In this document: piece by piece, positions 35,375 through 49,400 of the stretch
Position numbering within the stretch: the first letter of the stretch is position 1
How the letters are laid out: every line of letters begins with the position of its first letter
NCBI RefSeq assembly: GCF_006345805.1
Contig: NC_042998.1
Location: 74,896,001 to 74,960,000, forward strand
DNA: 64,000 nucleotides
Source of the DNA: Octopus sinensis
Lineage: Eukaryota
Direction of reading: 5' to 3'
The notes under the pieces: generated by a model
Seen by the model: the letters and a program-made list of their open reading frames with translations, nothing else
What the model was told of the DNA's origin: nothing
Database searches by the model: none
Translations under genes and position numbers: made by a program

Positions 35375-36381
35375 AACAAAAGATGAAGGCAGGTGATGTA
35401 GAAAGCAAACAGATATATTAGTTTAACACCCGGGAAGTGAACAAGTCGTTGACGTTTCGAGCTTACGCTCTTACAGAGAAAGGAACCCAGAAAGAAACAA
35501 GGAGAGAAAATAAAGAATGTGTAGTGGCTAGCGATCTATCATGGCGAATGCCAGACAGAGGAGTCATACAGGAGAGCTAGGAAGAAGGGGAGATAATAAA
35601 ATAGTGTTGATTCCAAAATGAAGGTGCGCGTGCGTGTGTATAAGAGAGCATGTATATGCGTGTGGAAGAGGGCTGGTGACCTTGACGTGAGCGTGTGAGT
35701 ATGAGAAGGTATGTGGATGATGGTGTGTGGCTGGGAAGTGGTCAGTGCTAGTGTGTGCGTGGTGGTGCGATGTGATGTGGTGTTGTGCGGTATGATAGTG
35801 TATGGTGTGGTGGTGTTGGGATGTGAGGAAGGCGAGTGTGGGGAAAGCAAGGGTGAGGTTTGGGTTAGGCATAGGGTGAGGATAGAGGGGGGTATGTGGG
35901 AGTGATTGTAAGGGATGGGTTGGGGTGGGATGGGATGGATAGGGAAGGTATGGTTGGTTCGTGTAGGGGTGGGTTACGAGGTACGGTGAGGGTGAAGGGA
36001 GAGGGGGAAGGGAGAGTGTGGGTATGAGTGAATAGAAGACAGAAGGAGAGTAGGAGTGAAGAGAAGAAGTAGGAGTTAGAACAAGAGGTGGGTGGGAGGA
36101 AGTAGGTGTGGAAGAGAGGAGAGGGGAGAAGGGTTAGATGAAGAGGGGAGGAGAGTTGAGCCCATGTGGCACAAAGGAGCGAAGAGAGAAGATTAATCCT
36201 TGTTCACGTCCGAAGACGGGAGTCCGGATGGCCCCTGTGCAAGGACAATTCGAACACAGACAGATGTTGCAAAGAATTACCGGTAGAACGGAAATGGCGC
36301 AAGACCGAGGTGTCATATATATATATATATACGCAGGTGTTGCAAAGAGTGACCGGTAGAGCGGAAATGGCGCGAGACCGG
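35375..36381 (-). mobile_element. 3' portion of a Penelope-like element (GIY-YIG C-terminus, low-complexity 3' UTR, terminal region)
   Basis: RHFRSTGNSLQHLSVFELSLHRGHPDSRLRT / QGLIFSLRSFVPHGLNS matches the Penelope endonuclease C-terminus (..EQ.LIF.L..L.P.GLN). Hammerhead remnant near the 3' end. Confidence 0.8.
35446..35482 (-). ncRNA. Degenerate minimal hammerhead ribozyme
   Basis: Minus strand CTGTAA-GAGC-GTAA-GCTC-GAAAC-GTC: perfect stem II, GAAAC and GUC triplet, but the CUGANGA box and stem I are damaged. Confidence 0.45.
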
Positions 36382-36600
36382 GTTCCAAAACACATGGTCC
36401 TCAGTTCACTCCCACTATGTGGTAACTTGGCATGTGTCTTCTGCTATATCTGTCAGTCTGTCTGTGTGAATCCCTAAAACTTGAGAACTACACAACCAAA
36501 TTCATTCAAACTTTACACATGCCTTACTTAGGGTCCATGCTAGAAGAAGATCCGCTATGATCTTATATGCTACACCACTGGTTTTCAATTCATAATCAAA
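36382..36600 (+). mobile_element. SINE-A-like head fragment fused to a Helentron/HINE-like block, copy 1
   Basis: CACATGGTCCTCAGTTCACTCCCACT...GTGTCTTCTGCTATA followed by (TCTG)n-GAATCCCTAAAACTTGAGAACTACACAACC. HINE assignment is by resemblance only. Confidence 0.45.
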
Positions 36601-36644
36601 TTAATATTCAATTTTCCCTCTTATTATTTTAAATTTAAATTTAC

Positions 36645-36701
36645 ATGTATATATAATATATATATATATATATAATATATATATATATATATAATACATG
36701 C

Positions 36702-36790
<89 letters not shown>

Positions 36791-37045
36791 TGTATACATA
36801 TAGATGAACATTTATAGATGTATATATATATATATACATGCATATATATGGATGTATATATATATGTATATATATAGATGTATATGTATACATGTATATG
36901 TATAGCTCTATATGTATACATGTATATGTATGCATGCATGTGTAGATGTATATATATATATATAGGTGTACATGTAATATGTACACATATATACATGCAT
37001 ACATATATACACCCATGCACACATACACACACACACACAAACATA
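36645..37045. repeat. (TA)n-derived degenerate microsatellite
   Basis: Direct reading. Confidence 0.9.
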
Positions 37046-37047
37046 AA

Positions 37048-37283
37048 TGCAGGTGTGACTGTGTGGAAACAAACTTGGTCCTAAAACACATGGTACTCAG
37101 CTCAGTCCCACTCTGTGGTATCTTGACATGTGTTTTCTGCTATATTTGTCTGTCTGTCTGTCTGTGTGAATCCCTAAAATCTGAGAACTACACAACCAAT
37201 TTCTTTCAAATTTACAATGCATAATTTTTAATTTTCAAAAACTCCAATTCTAAAGGGTCGAAACAAACCCGAGCAACTAATAA
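37048..37283 (+). mobile_element. SINE-A-like head fused to the same HINE-like block, copy 2
   Basis: Complete head GCAGGTGTGACTGTGTGG..., with the same junction as the 36382 copy. Confidence 0.5.
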
Positions 37284-38106
37284 GCTGTGTTATTAATAGA
37301 TTAATGTTAGCGTTCCATGCCCACCACTGTCAGAATAGATCACAAATATAAAAACTGCACAGTTATTACCTGGTGGGGACATACACACTCAATTTCTGAA
37401 ATTCTATGAGGAATGTGTGTAGTTTAAATGTTTCGGTATTTTTCTAGTTCTGTGTACATTCCTCCTTTTGTATATTCCTTTGTGTACATTCCTCCTAATA
37501 TCGGCAACTGCCTGCCTATAGATGTCCTTTTCTTTATCACTGAATGTTTTGATTCTGCAATGAATTTTCTACTCTTAATGCATTGATAAAATCCAAAACT
37601 GGAATAAACTGGTTATGGAATGGATAGAAGACAATGAATCAGGCGCATATGCAATTGTCATAAGAAATAGAAAGGTTGACATTTCGTGCTCTTATCTTTT
37701 CTCAGTGAGTAGGAGAAAATTAAGGAGTTCTCATTCAGATTAACGGTACTTCTGACATCTTCCTCCTCTACTACTCTCTTTTGTAGTCTTCCTACTCATT
37801 ACGCACGTTGAACTGATTCTATATTCCAGCTGACGTAATGAATCTTCAGTTTTCTGCTACTGTTTACTTCGTAAGAAAACATAAAAATACACACGCTTCC
37901 TTAATATTTCGTGTCCTATTTAATAAGGATTTCTAATATACAGACAGTAGATATATTTGCGGGGAGTATGTAGTTGAATACATCGTCTTAATACATTACT
38001 GATGTTTTAATTATCAACCCTTGAAAGATGAGCCGTAAACTACACTTTGAAAATCGATAAAAGAATAACACAAGAGACAGTTCAATTTAAAGCAGATTGC
38101 TTTTAA

Positions 38107-38320
38107 GTCGGTGAGCAGGCAGAATCGTTAGCACTCCGGGAAAAACGCTTAGCGGCATTTTGTCCATCTTCACTTTCTAAGTGCAAATTCTGCCGAGGTC
38201 GACTTTACCTTTCATGCTTCTGAGAACGAAAAAATAAGTAGCAGCTGAGCACTGGGGGTCGATGTAATCGATTTAGCCTTTCTCCCGAAATTGCTAGCCT
38301 TGAGCCAAAATTTGAAACCA
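38107..38320 (+). mobile_element. SINE family B (B2 tail)
   Basis: Head, body and tail recognisable. Confidence 0.85.
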
Positions 38321-41300
38321 CTGTAAGGTAAATTTTACTTCGTTAAAGTTTCCACTGACTTCACAGAAAAAAATTTTAGCGATAAGTTTTCTTAAAACAT
38401 GTGTTGCAACAGCTTCTGAATTTCGTGGAGATTCAACCTTTTCTATTGTTTATATTATATCTTGAATTTATTTAATTCTTACCTCTGTGATTGTGTTTTA
38501 GCAGGATTCATGGTAGATTAGTTCGTGAAATTTTCAAGAATCTTTACGCATTCAACTGGATTTGCACGTTCTCTCACGCTGGTAACACCAGTGCCTTCAT
38601 ATTGGAAAATTGATCCCGCTAGTTCAACTGTTTCAGCAAAAGAGGTGTCCGTATAAGAGATCTATTACATCCACAGAGCCTTTCATAGTAGAAAAAATGT
38701 TGGCATGCACATATTTGTATTTCGTTGTCAGGGACAAAAATAATGACACATGCATGATGTGTTGGGTTTGTGGATATAAGATTCCAGTGCCAATGTCACT
38801 AGTTACCAAACAATATTAATAAACGCAAACGCTTAGAGATAGTGTGGTATACAGTGCAGCAGTTAATTGGAGCACCCCTAACATGCAAGAAAGACTTAAC
38901 TTCGGAATGACATGAAAGCGGTTACTCCATCTGAGTGAACTTAGCGATGACAGAAAATAACACGAGTCAAGCAAGAAATAAGGAGAGTCGGAAAGAAATA
39001 TCGCAACAAGAGAAAGCAGACAGGAAACTGGATTATTCATCGACAACAATCGGCAAATACTTATTATTTCTAAACGAAAGTAAAGGGCCATTTAATTTAT
39101 TCTTTGGTCATAAAATAAAAGCATATATATATATAAGTGGTATATATATATATGGAAGGTGGTATTGTGACATCCATAAGCAATCTGTTTAATGTCATTC
39201 ACTCAACATGGGTGATTTAAGTCTCGAAATCCATGTCTCATACTTCTAAGGTCAGTCTGATAGAGATAAGTAAATGGATAGATAAAGGAGAGAGAGAGAG
39301 AGAGATTGATTGATTTATTCACTTGTAAAAGGTACTTTGCGAAGCATCCCCATGAAACGTACGCGATAAAAAGAAAACGTAAAAACATTAAACAATCGCA
39401 CAGGATATGCATTTTCGCATCAGAACAGCATTAATTCTATGTGTCTTGATCCATATGAGTTAAATGCAAATATTTTGCTCTTGTTAATCATCAGAAATAA
39501 CATAAATACATAAATTTTCGTAAAATGAGCACTAATTATTCTTGCAGAGAAGCAAGAAACCCACTGGGAATAATCAAATTAGAAAAAATATCAGTGTGGA
39601 TGAAGTAAAGCGTGTACATTTCGGTCACATTGTATCTGCTTTGTCAAATTATTTTTGGTGTCTACATAGTCTCGAGAAGATATAGACATACCTTCGGCTG
39701 TCTTCACACAGTCATGTGGTACATCCGGGACGTAGCATTGGAGAGAGAGATAGATAGATAGAGAGAGGTGGGGAAGAGAGAGAGAGCGAGAGAGAGAGAG
39801 AGAGAAAACTATCTCAATACCCAGGTAGTTATTTAAATGAAGTGCCAAGCTCAAGGATTCAACGCATTTCCTACGAATTGAACCAACGACCGTATGATCA
39901 TGATCTTAGTCTCCGAACAATATGGCTACACGCCTACCCATAGTGTTAAAAATAGAAAATACTATTTTACTAGATCTAGCTATTCGGGATTTATACAGCA
40001 CTGACTGATTAGTGAAAGTTATTCTGGGTGAAGAAAGATTGTAGTTTAATGCTGTTACCAACAACCTTGTGATGCTGAACTTGATAAGGTAATATTTGTA
40101 ACTTGAAAGAAATTGTTCTCTTTCTTCTCCACATCTTTCTTCTCTTAACTGTGACTAGGTATATCGATCTTTTTTACAGGAAATAAACTTAGGATGCCAA
40201 GTAAAGTTTATCTCATGATTATTATTAATTGCATAACAATTGAAACGATAAGATATCATCAAGTACTTTCATATACTAATAAAAAAGCATATATTACAAT
40301 AACAACAAAATAAATTATTAACGTTACATCTTTATAAAGGAACAAATATTAATTTTCAAATCTTAATGTAAAAGAAATTTTTATCTTCCACAAAAGAATG
40401 TGTTATAAATCTCGCTTAGAACTTGTGTTTAATTATTTTAAGTATATAATTTAAACAGGAAGGTTGAGGATCTTTTACTTTCCAGCAATCAACACATTTA
40501 AAGATAGACAAATTTAATCTCGCCAAGTTCAATGTCAAGTGCGAAATAGATTTTAATAGATTACATGCCTTTTATAGAATGATTGTTGCAGTTGATGCAC
40601 TTGGTTGGAATTAATGCTCCAACTGCAGCTCATTTTTCTTACAACTTGCTATCGATTTCGGTTAACCAAACTACAACATATAAACGAAATTGATTAATTT
40701 CTTTTCACTGCAATTGGCCTCTTGGATGTTTCCATGAGAAGTTTAAAAGAAACTACTTTATCTTATAATAGTACGCAGCTTTGCATATAACGAGCTTTTG
40801 GTTTTGGAAGACAGCCAGGTAAGTGCTTGCAGATACTATTAAGATAAAAGGGTCATTTTTAAAATGCTGACGATAGAACATGAACGTGTTCAACAAAAAT
40901 GTAGCACTTGTTATTGCTTTCCGATGATTCTTTTCAGTGTAGGTCACCAATGGAGGTCACCAGTCAGAAAATTGTAGCACTAGCAATGATATTGCTTTCA
41001 TATCGATTAATCAACGAGATAAAATTGTTCTTTTTCATTCAATTCATGATGCACTCAGTGAATGAACAAAATTGTGATCTGCTAAAAATAAACTAAAACC
41101 TCATCCATACGTGATACTTTAATATCACTATAGAATGTAACAGTTTTTCTCACTAATAACAGCGAACAGTGACACCCCATAAATTTTGTTGGGATTTCAT
41201 TTCTTTATATTACAATGTTTCCTTTCTGAAATTTTTGATTAGAAGTTCCGTACTTCGGTATAAAATGTAAGAACAATCAAGATTGATAGAGATACCCTTT

Positions 41301-44245
41301 AGCCCGGAAGAAGTCATTTTTATTTATTGATTCCGAAATGATAAGAAAGGTTCATGAGTGATGTAGTTGTATTTTGAAATCGTTATTTTGGAGTTAGAAA
41401 ACGCATGATACACTTTAAATACTTACATCTCAGTTTTTTTAACGGTATTCATTTTTCATTAATATTAGATGAGTGCATCATTATAACTTGCATCGAAACG
41501 CACAGGTCATATTCTCTTCGGAATGAATTCCCACTAACTATGCTTCTCCTTGCATCTTGATAGTAACAGTTATTTATATGCGTGCCTCAGCGTAATTAAG
41601 ATTTCATTTAGTTAAGATTTTAATCAATCATTCTGAATCGTTGAATACATTTTTAATAAAATACTTCCGATTTGGTTTTTCAAAGCTATGTCATTAATTC
41701 TTCACTTAGCATTATATATGTGGAATGAATAACAATATGTGTGCGACTGAAAATATATATGTAGCCATACACTAAGTAGCAAGCATATATGTGCTTGTAT
41801 ACATATTTCTTTCGCGATTCGTCTTCCAATTCTTTCAACATTTCCGCATTTTTTCCTTCATGGCGTTTAAAATCCTAGAAATAACAGCACACACTCCAGC
41901 CTTAAAAAGGGGATTCACATGCAAGATTTTGCATGTCTGCCAACAAGTGGATGCAGATAACTTCTAACAGAATAATCTCCACTTAAAATAAAATCTTTAA
42001 CGTTAACTGAATTGATGAAGATTACGGGAACTTCTATACATAGCAGCAAAATCTATCTCAAATCAAAACCTACAATCTTAACTGAAGATACATGAGAAAA
42101 TATAACCCTTCATATGCAAAAAGAGCCGCTGATCAGGGCTCGAATAACTTTGGTCATAAATATGCTCGTCCAGGAACGACCTTGTCTGAAGAACAAAAAC
42201 CAGAAACACAACAGAAAGCAGGTGAAATAACTAGATACACAGTAGCAACTAGAGTCACACGAGTTTCAGCAAGTGTTCATTGTTTTAAAAACACCAGAGT
42301 TAAAGCATTTGGAAAGTAATGAGTGCTTACAGAGATGTGGCTCTATAGATTTTACTAAAGCGATAAGATTTTGTCTGGGTTTAAATGCCAAAATTAATTT
42401 ATAAGGATTCTGCGCTAAAGTGTTTCAAAGCTATAATTGTTTCTTATGCAGGCAGATTTTTGTAGTCAACCATTAATCGTATAAACTATAACGGGTCTCC
42501 CAACGCATCTTCAACATTAGTGTAGTGCATCCCAGTGAGGATAAAAGCCCTTCCTGCAAATGCTGTTTATAAGATTTTATCATTTCTTTTGATTGTCGTT
42601 TATCTTTATTTATGTTTTGATAACTTTTAAAACGTTTGGAATGCATCTCCATTGAGAACGCAAATAATTGCTTTAGTTTATACAAGTCATTTTCAGTTGA
42701 CTATCATAGAATGTTAAAGTTTGCAGTTGTTTCATACTTCCTAGAGATTGTTTAAAATCGTTAATTCAAAGCTGCTCTCGTTGCTGTGAACATCTGACAG
42801 ATATATCAAATGTAACGTGTTGGCTTTCTCTCAGTTTTAATGTGTACTTGCAGGAGAATTCTAAAGCTGTCAGATACAAAAACCATTAAAGAATAGTATC
42901 ACAGCACGAGGTCTCATATGGCATTTATAACTTTTATTTTGTAAATAGCACAAAGGATTGACATGTTTGGAATGTTAAACTATTTCATTTTCGCTTCTCA
43001 TTGAAATCCGTAATGTTACTCGCTTTGATTCTTAAAATTAGCAAAAGTTCTTACTCCACTCTCTTAAAGGATTTCCGATGGGAAATAAGGGAAGTAGTTT
43101 TCATGTAAATACAATATCCTGAATTTGTCTACTTTGAATCACTTCTAACAAAATTATGAATCCCTTCTGCGTTTTTAAGCAACAGCGAAAGGATGTATAT
43201 ATATACTTCAGGGAAGAGACCCGGTTCAATCTGAGACTGATGAATTTTACTGACTCTCGAAAGCCACGGAAAATCCATATACTTTCTGTATTCCACATTA
43301 TTCCTAAAAGCTTCTAAGTAACATTGAGCGCTTTACCAATCAATGGCTTTCGATAGAGTTTGATCTTTTCTGTAATTGTATTATTCAAATTAATTAACTT
43401 TGTATCTGAAAAGTTGGCTTTCCCATTTTGCGGGGGAAAATTTTATCGCAGTCTATGTATAGTAATAAATGTATACACCACTGATAGAAGGCATAAAGCG
43501 TTAGAAATGTCTGGGATAAAATTTCCTCATAGACTTTTTGTGTTAAAAGTACAATATTATTCATCGGAACGAAACAAATATCGTCACTTCAGTCACTCTC
43601 GAGAACAACAAAGGCTTTTTGCCTTTCTTGAGGTTTGCCAATGCCGTGTACCTAATTGCCACCTGATGAAACGAGATATTTTCCTCAATATATTGGAGAA
43701 TGAGAATAAAACAATCACTGGTATTTTGGAAGACCGCCGCAAACTAGAAAATCTCAGTGAAAGCTGTTTCAATTGTGTAAATCGAAATGACATTATATTT
43801 AATTTTGAAATGTAGTAATAGATTAAAATAAACAATAACATGTTGTTTTTTTTTACATGTACTCTCGACAATAGTCAAGAAAATGCATTATTTGTTATTG
43901 TTAATTAAACCCACTTTTATGTTCCATCTTGCCCCGGGCATAGAATTTAGCTTCAGAAGTTAATAACTGCATCTTTCTGGTACCAAAACAAATAATTTTC
44001 CGATTTTATTACTGCTTGTAATTTGTGTCGAAAGGAAAGTTTTAAAATTAACCATTAACTCAACATACATACTGTGCCATTGCTTCGCTATAACTTCCAA
44101 CTTTTGAATATTTACTTATTTATTTCACTATTGTGTTTAAAAGTTATCTCGGTCATTTTTTTTTACATCAAGTCGCAATGATTCTGATCTCAATTGTCTG
44201 GAGTTATTTCAGTAACAATTTCTTTTTGTTATCTCCTCTTTCTCA

Positions 44246-44299
<54 letters not shown>

Positions 44300-45659
44300 C
44301 ACACATACCTACACGTACACATGCACACGCAAAATATGTTACAAGGGCGTTAAAGATGTACAGGCATAGTGATGCGACGTTATCATCTTACTATCGAGAA
44401 AACATACTTTTCCTGTGCAATCTGATATAATTTTGCTTTTCTAGACTCATTCATAAATTGTAGCTAACAAGAATATTCAGTTTTATAACATATCAAATAA
44501 CTAATATATAGATAATATTCTGAGTTTTTGATAGGACTTTAGCATATGCAATAAGTTAATACTGTAACTTCCACATATGTAGAGCATTCATATATACTAA
44601 CATTTAATTTAACAGCTGGAAATATAAACGGTTAAACAAACTCATCTTACATATAAACTTACATATAAACACGTAACTAGCAAAACTTTAATACCTTCAG
44701 TAGTCACTGTAAATGGGCAGTCGATTGTAGATTGAAGCAATCGAGATGAAAAAATAAAAATACTATAAAACTACATAATATTTTTGTCAATACTTGCCTC
44801 GGGTGTCTTAGAATATAGAATTTCTCTTAAAATAGTGTATTGTACATACTTTGTGCCACAGGTAATAAATCGGTGAAAATAAATCTGCCTTCAGGTGGAA
44901 TTAACTTATTTAATAAAGGAAAAGACTGAGAATAGACTGCACGTATATAGCTTTCTGTGATGTCTTTTGGAAACACTAAGAATTGAAATATTATTCAAGC
45001 TATTACGCAGTGAAGTAGCCTGATAGGAAATGTATGATAATAGATGTATTTAAAACTGCAACATTCCGATTATGCCCTTAACATTAATAAAAATCGATAC
45101 CACATCAATTTTAAAAGTTCAAGTATATATATAAAGTGGTTTGGATTCGATATATATTAACTAATGAATTCTAAGTGTCGACAGCTTTCGCATTACAGAA
45201 GAAATTTTGAGAAACTTCGTTTTTCGCCTCATACATACCGCCTTTATTTAAAAGGGAAAAAAAGATAATTTTATAAGTAATCCTATTAATAGAACTAGCC
45301 CATACTGGCGGGCCCCATTTCATTTTGTTTGAAAGAGAGGAAATAAAATTATTGTGGAACAAACCTTTACGTTACGATATATTTAAAAATAACAACATAT
45401 CAAATCTCATTTTAGGGAAATTAGAATAGTTATATGAATTTCTTATGATTTTCTTCATTGAATTCTGATTACATTTTTGCCATTAAGCTACGAATTCATT
45501 GGGTTAAAATATAGATGCTACCAAAGCGTTTCCTTTAACATTTTGTGTACGCTAAATGATTTTGATACTTAGCTAGAAGCTAGTTATATTTATTAGTACT
45601 CTTAATTTCCTTCATAAATGCACTTACACGTAGACATAATTGTGTAGTTTACAAGTTAG

Positions 45660-46520
45660 CAACTATGCAGTGTGTTCTGGGCAAGGCTTTAAACTGCATC
45701 ATCCAGTACCAGAGTCTTGGTACGTGGGTTCCCGGGTTTTGAGGAGAGTGAAACGCCTTATTAGCCACTATTGTTTCCAGGTCTGCTTTGATCCACACTT
45801 GTAACACCTGTTAGGGTCCCAACTATGGATTAACTAGTATGTGTGCTACCCGCTTCAAATCCGGGTTACGTCTGCTCTGATAATCGACAGTAACTTGATA
45901 AGTGAATCCCCGATGACGGTCGACAATCGACGGCAAGATGAGCCGCTACGAGGCATGTATCCTGTATCGAAAAGATCCGTAAAAGCTTCAGCATTTTCAA
46001 CAAGGCAAGGCTCTGTAAATCTTCAACATCAAATGTCAGGACCGATGTACTATCAACGAAGTCCTCAACCGCTCAGAAATACCGAGCACTGAAGTTGCCA
46101 TACTCAAACATCGTCTCAGGTTGTCAGGACATGTCATCCAAATGGCCCCTTCAAGACTCCAGCGGACCATTCTCTACAGCGAGCTCGTCGACAAGGAGGA
46201 GCCCCAAAATGTAGATTCAAAACCAACTTAAGTCGTCCTTCCTTCAAGCTGGAATCAGCCCTAACACCTGGGAAACAGAAGCCGACGACTGTCCATCCAG
46301 GCGATGAGCAATTAATTTCGGTTGTTCCACTTCCGGGGCGAATAGAAAGACTGAAGAAGAAGCCTAAAGAAAGGACGCAAGGGCGCGGCAACTCCAACCA
46401 GGTCCACCACCCGCTCTGCCGTGTGATCAAAGCCTTGGCCTTCTGAACCAAGTTTAATGGAGGTACCGGATGAACCAAACACGGACAGGAGTGGTCCCAA
46501 TCACGATGACACTCACAGAT
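45660..46520 (+). mobile_element. RTE-clade LINE derivative (putative 5' piece joined to ORF 3' end)
   Basis: IFNIKCQDRCTINEVLNRSEIPSTEVAILKHRLRLSGHVIQMAPSRLQRTILYSEL...GAPK.RFK..LK...WETEA matches the RTE C-terminus (I.WQD...N.EVL.RA...RLRW.GHV.RM). Confidence 0.85.
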
Positions 46521-49146
46521 GTATATAAACACACACAAGGATAAGTCTCTTTCTCTTGAAACCTGTGTTTGAAGTCTATTACCTTGTTTCTATTTTTTTT
46601 GCTCAGTTGAGCACTTTAAAATTAAGTGCGATGAAATCGAAATCTGCCACTCTTCTGAGGCTGGATCTACTATTTATGTACGACCAAATCCACTAATATT
46701 CTGTCTTTAGATCAGACAGTTTTCTGCGACCAAATCTTTTATTTACAATTGATTGATAGTACAATTTGCCAGTGATCAAAGTTGTCATCTAAAAGCCACC
46801 GCAATTTTCTTTATCTTATTACTTTATTGTAATTTTCGGGTTTATTTATCATTTTAATATTGCATCTATAAACTTAGTCCAATTTCGAAAACGCAAAGCG
46901 ATCGGCATAAGGAAGATGCGCTAAAATGCGTTGATAACAGAATGAATGACATTTTTAAGTAAAGGAAATAAAATGATTGTTAACAGGGGAGGTTGTATTT
47001 TTCCCACTTAAAGACTCATTAAGTTCTTCATTTATATTTCTACAATATTTCTCAGAATATAAAGATACACATGCATTAGGGCCAGTTAACATGTTTAATC
47101 ATCCACGAAAGATGCATGGAATTAGTAAATTAATGTTCGAGAGCTGACTGCAAAATTATTACATTCATTGTAAGTTCAAATCACGTCGTATGTATCCACA
47201 GGAGTGTATAAAATACGTATATATTGAATTTAAATCACATTTGCTCTCTCAAGTCTACGGTGAACCAGGATAGACCATCGGCTATATACCTTTTCTGACT
47301 AAAGAACAAAAAAAAAAAAACGAAATTGTATCCATGAACAAAAGGAATGTATTTTTCCCGTTGACTTTTATTTTAATAGATTCAGTAGATGCAAAGTAAA
47401 ACAACAAATACTATGTTAATAAAATTTTTGAAAAATGAATCAAATTTCATGCGTTAAATTTATGGGTATTATTTACTGATATAATTTATTGAAAAAATAA
47501 ACCTGTCTTGCTTCTGATAGTACATCGATTGCTTGTAAGATGTGTGAATTATATAGCAGCAGTATTTCATACTAGAATTGTGAGCTGCTGTAGAATACAA
47601 AATACTGTGCTATTGAATTCATACAATGACGTGATTGATTAAAATTCTGAAACAAAAGAAACAGATGCTCTAATGTTGTAATTGCCGGATTAAAATTTCT
47701 AAATCTTGTATAAAAAGTCAAATTCTTTTAAAAGGGTGGGGTAATTTAATCTATTTTATAGTAACGATTTTATATTGAGAATGTTGATTATTTTCGTTTC
47801 TATAGTGAAGCCTTATAAAGAGATGCTTTGATGTCATTGCCGAGAAAGAAACAGCAGAAACAAATTATCATTCATAATGAATCAAAATTACTGGAATTGT
47901 GGAGAAACTTGATCAAAGAAAAAATAATTTTCATCGAAAATGAAATAATTGTTCCGGTGATCTGAGATATCATTGTTCATTTAATGAAAAGTTTGGGAAA
48001 CCTGTATAATTAAATGATCTTGAATTTTCAACAATCAGAAATTGCATGTAACTGTGAGAAATAAATTTTCAGAGTTGTCTATAGAAAAACACAAGAAAAA
48101 TTTAAACTGAAAAAAAGTCAAATATATTTAAATATAAAGAGACCAATATAATATAACGGAAGAAAAATATATCAAAAGAAAGATTGAAAAAGAATTTTTA
48201 ATTATTGCGAGATGATTTTGAAATAAGGAAACTATAACCGCAATATTGTATGAAAGTATTATGAATTTTTATATGTATTCAAATATAGAATTCCTTTAAG
48301 TTCTGAAAATAGAATGACTCATTCTTTAAGTGATTTATCATGTTTCGTGTATAGATACAATAGTTTTAAGGTGTGTAATTGATGGAATAGTTACTACCAA
48401 ATCATCTAACAATTTCAGAACGAAAGAAAATTATTTGTTAACATTTTAGTTGTTGAAAGTATATTAAGATTAATCACTTTTGAAATATGAATTTTCTTGC
48501 GGAACTAAAAAGATTTGGGAGAATATTACTCTCATAAATTCGGTGTCATTATAAAGATGCCTTAATTGATTATAAGAGGAAATTTGAATTTATAGAACTT
48601 GTAGAGAAATTCGTTTCACGTGACTTTATTATAAAACATTTTTATGAAGGAAGTAATAGTTAGGGACATTCAACTTTATTGATGTGAAGGCATACATTAT
48701 TGCTGGTTGTTTATTTCAATCTTTTTTTACGAAGAGAACGAAAGGAAAAGAAAGAGAAGCATGCTCGTTTCATTGTCTCATTTATAGCACATAATAGATG
48801 ACAGGGTTTAAAGGCTTCAATCTATTATATCGACCTATTGTTATGGTTGATAATTCTCTTACTGAACTCCTAATTTACAGGATAAAGAATCATTTTTCAA
48901 ACAATCTCAAGGTGATGTCTGTCATGTCATCGAGTCAGACATATCGAAAATACAGCAATAGGAAAGCAATGTACACATACTATGGCGGGTTTTTGTACAA
49001 TTTCCGTTTACCAATTTCAGATGGTAGACACTTATCAGTTCAAAGTGGTAGGACATAACACTTCCTCGACATGCAACGCGTTACGTTACGGCTAAACCCG
49101 AAATCACATGGTTGCAAGGCGATCTTTTTAACAATGTAGCATTAAC

Positions 49147-49400
<254 letters not shown>

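Noticed and set aside
40772-41060. Two-exon model RSFAYNELLVLEDSQ|VTNGGHQSENC...
   Set aside because: The donor is good, but the acceptors are weak and nothing is homologous to anything I recognise. Similar chance models occur on both strands.
43663-43673. CTGATGAAAC
   Set aside because: No stem II between the boxes. Chance match.
43360-43815. 151-aa ORF in unique DNA
   Set aside because: TTG start, no recognisable domain and no splice context. Length is not exceptional for 64 kb.
47800-48750. A-rich, K/E/I-rich stretch suggesting a decayed coding sequence (similar impression at 2000-2750)
   Set aside because: Many stops in all frames and no motif I can name.
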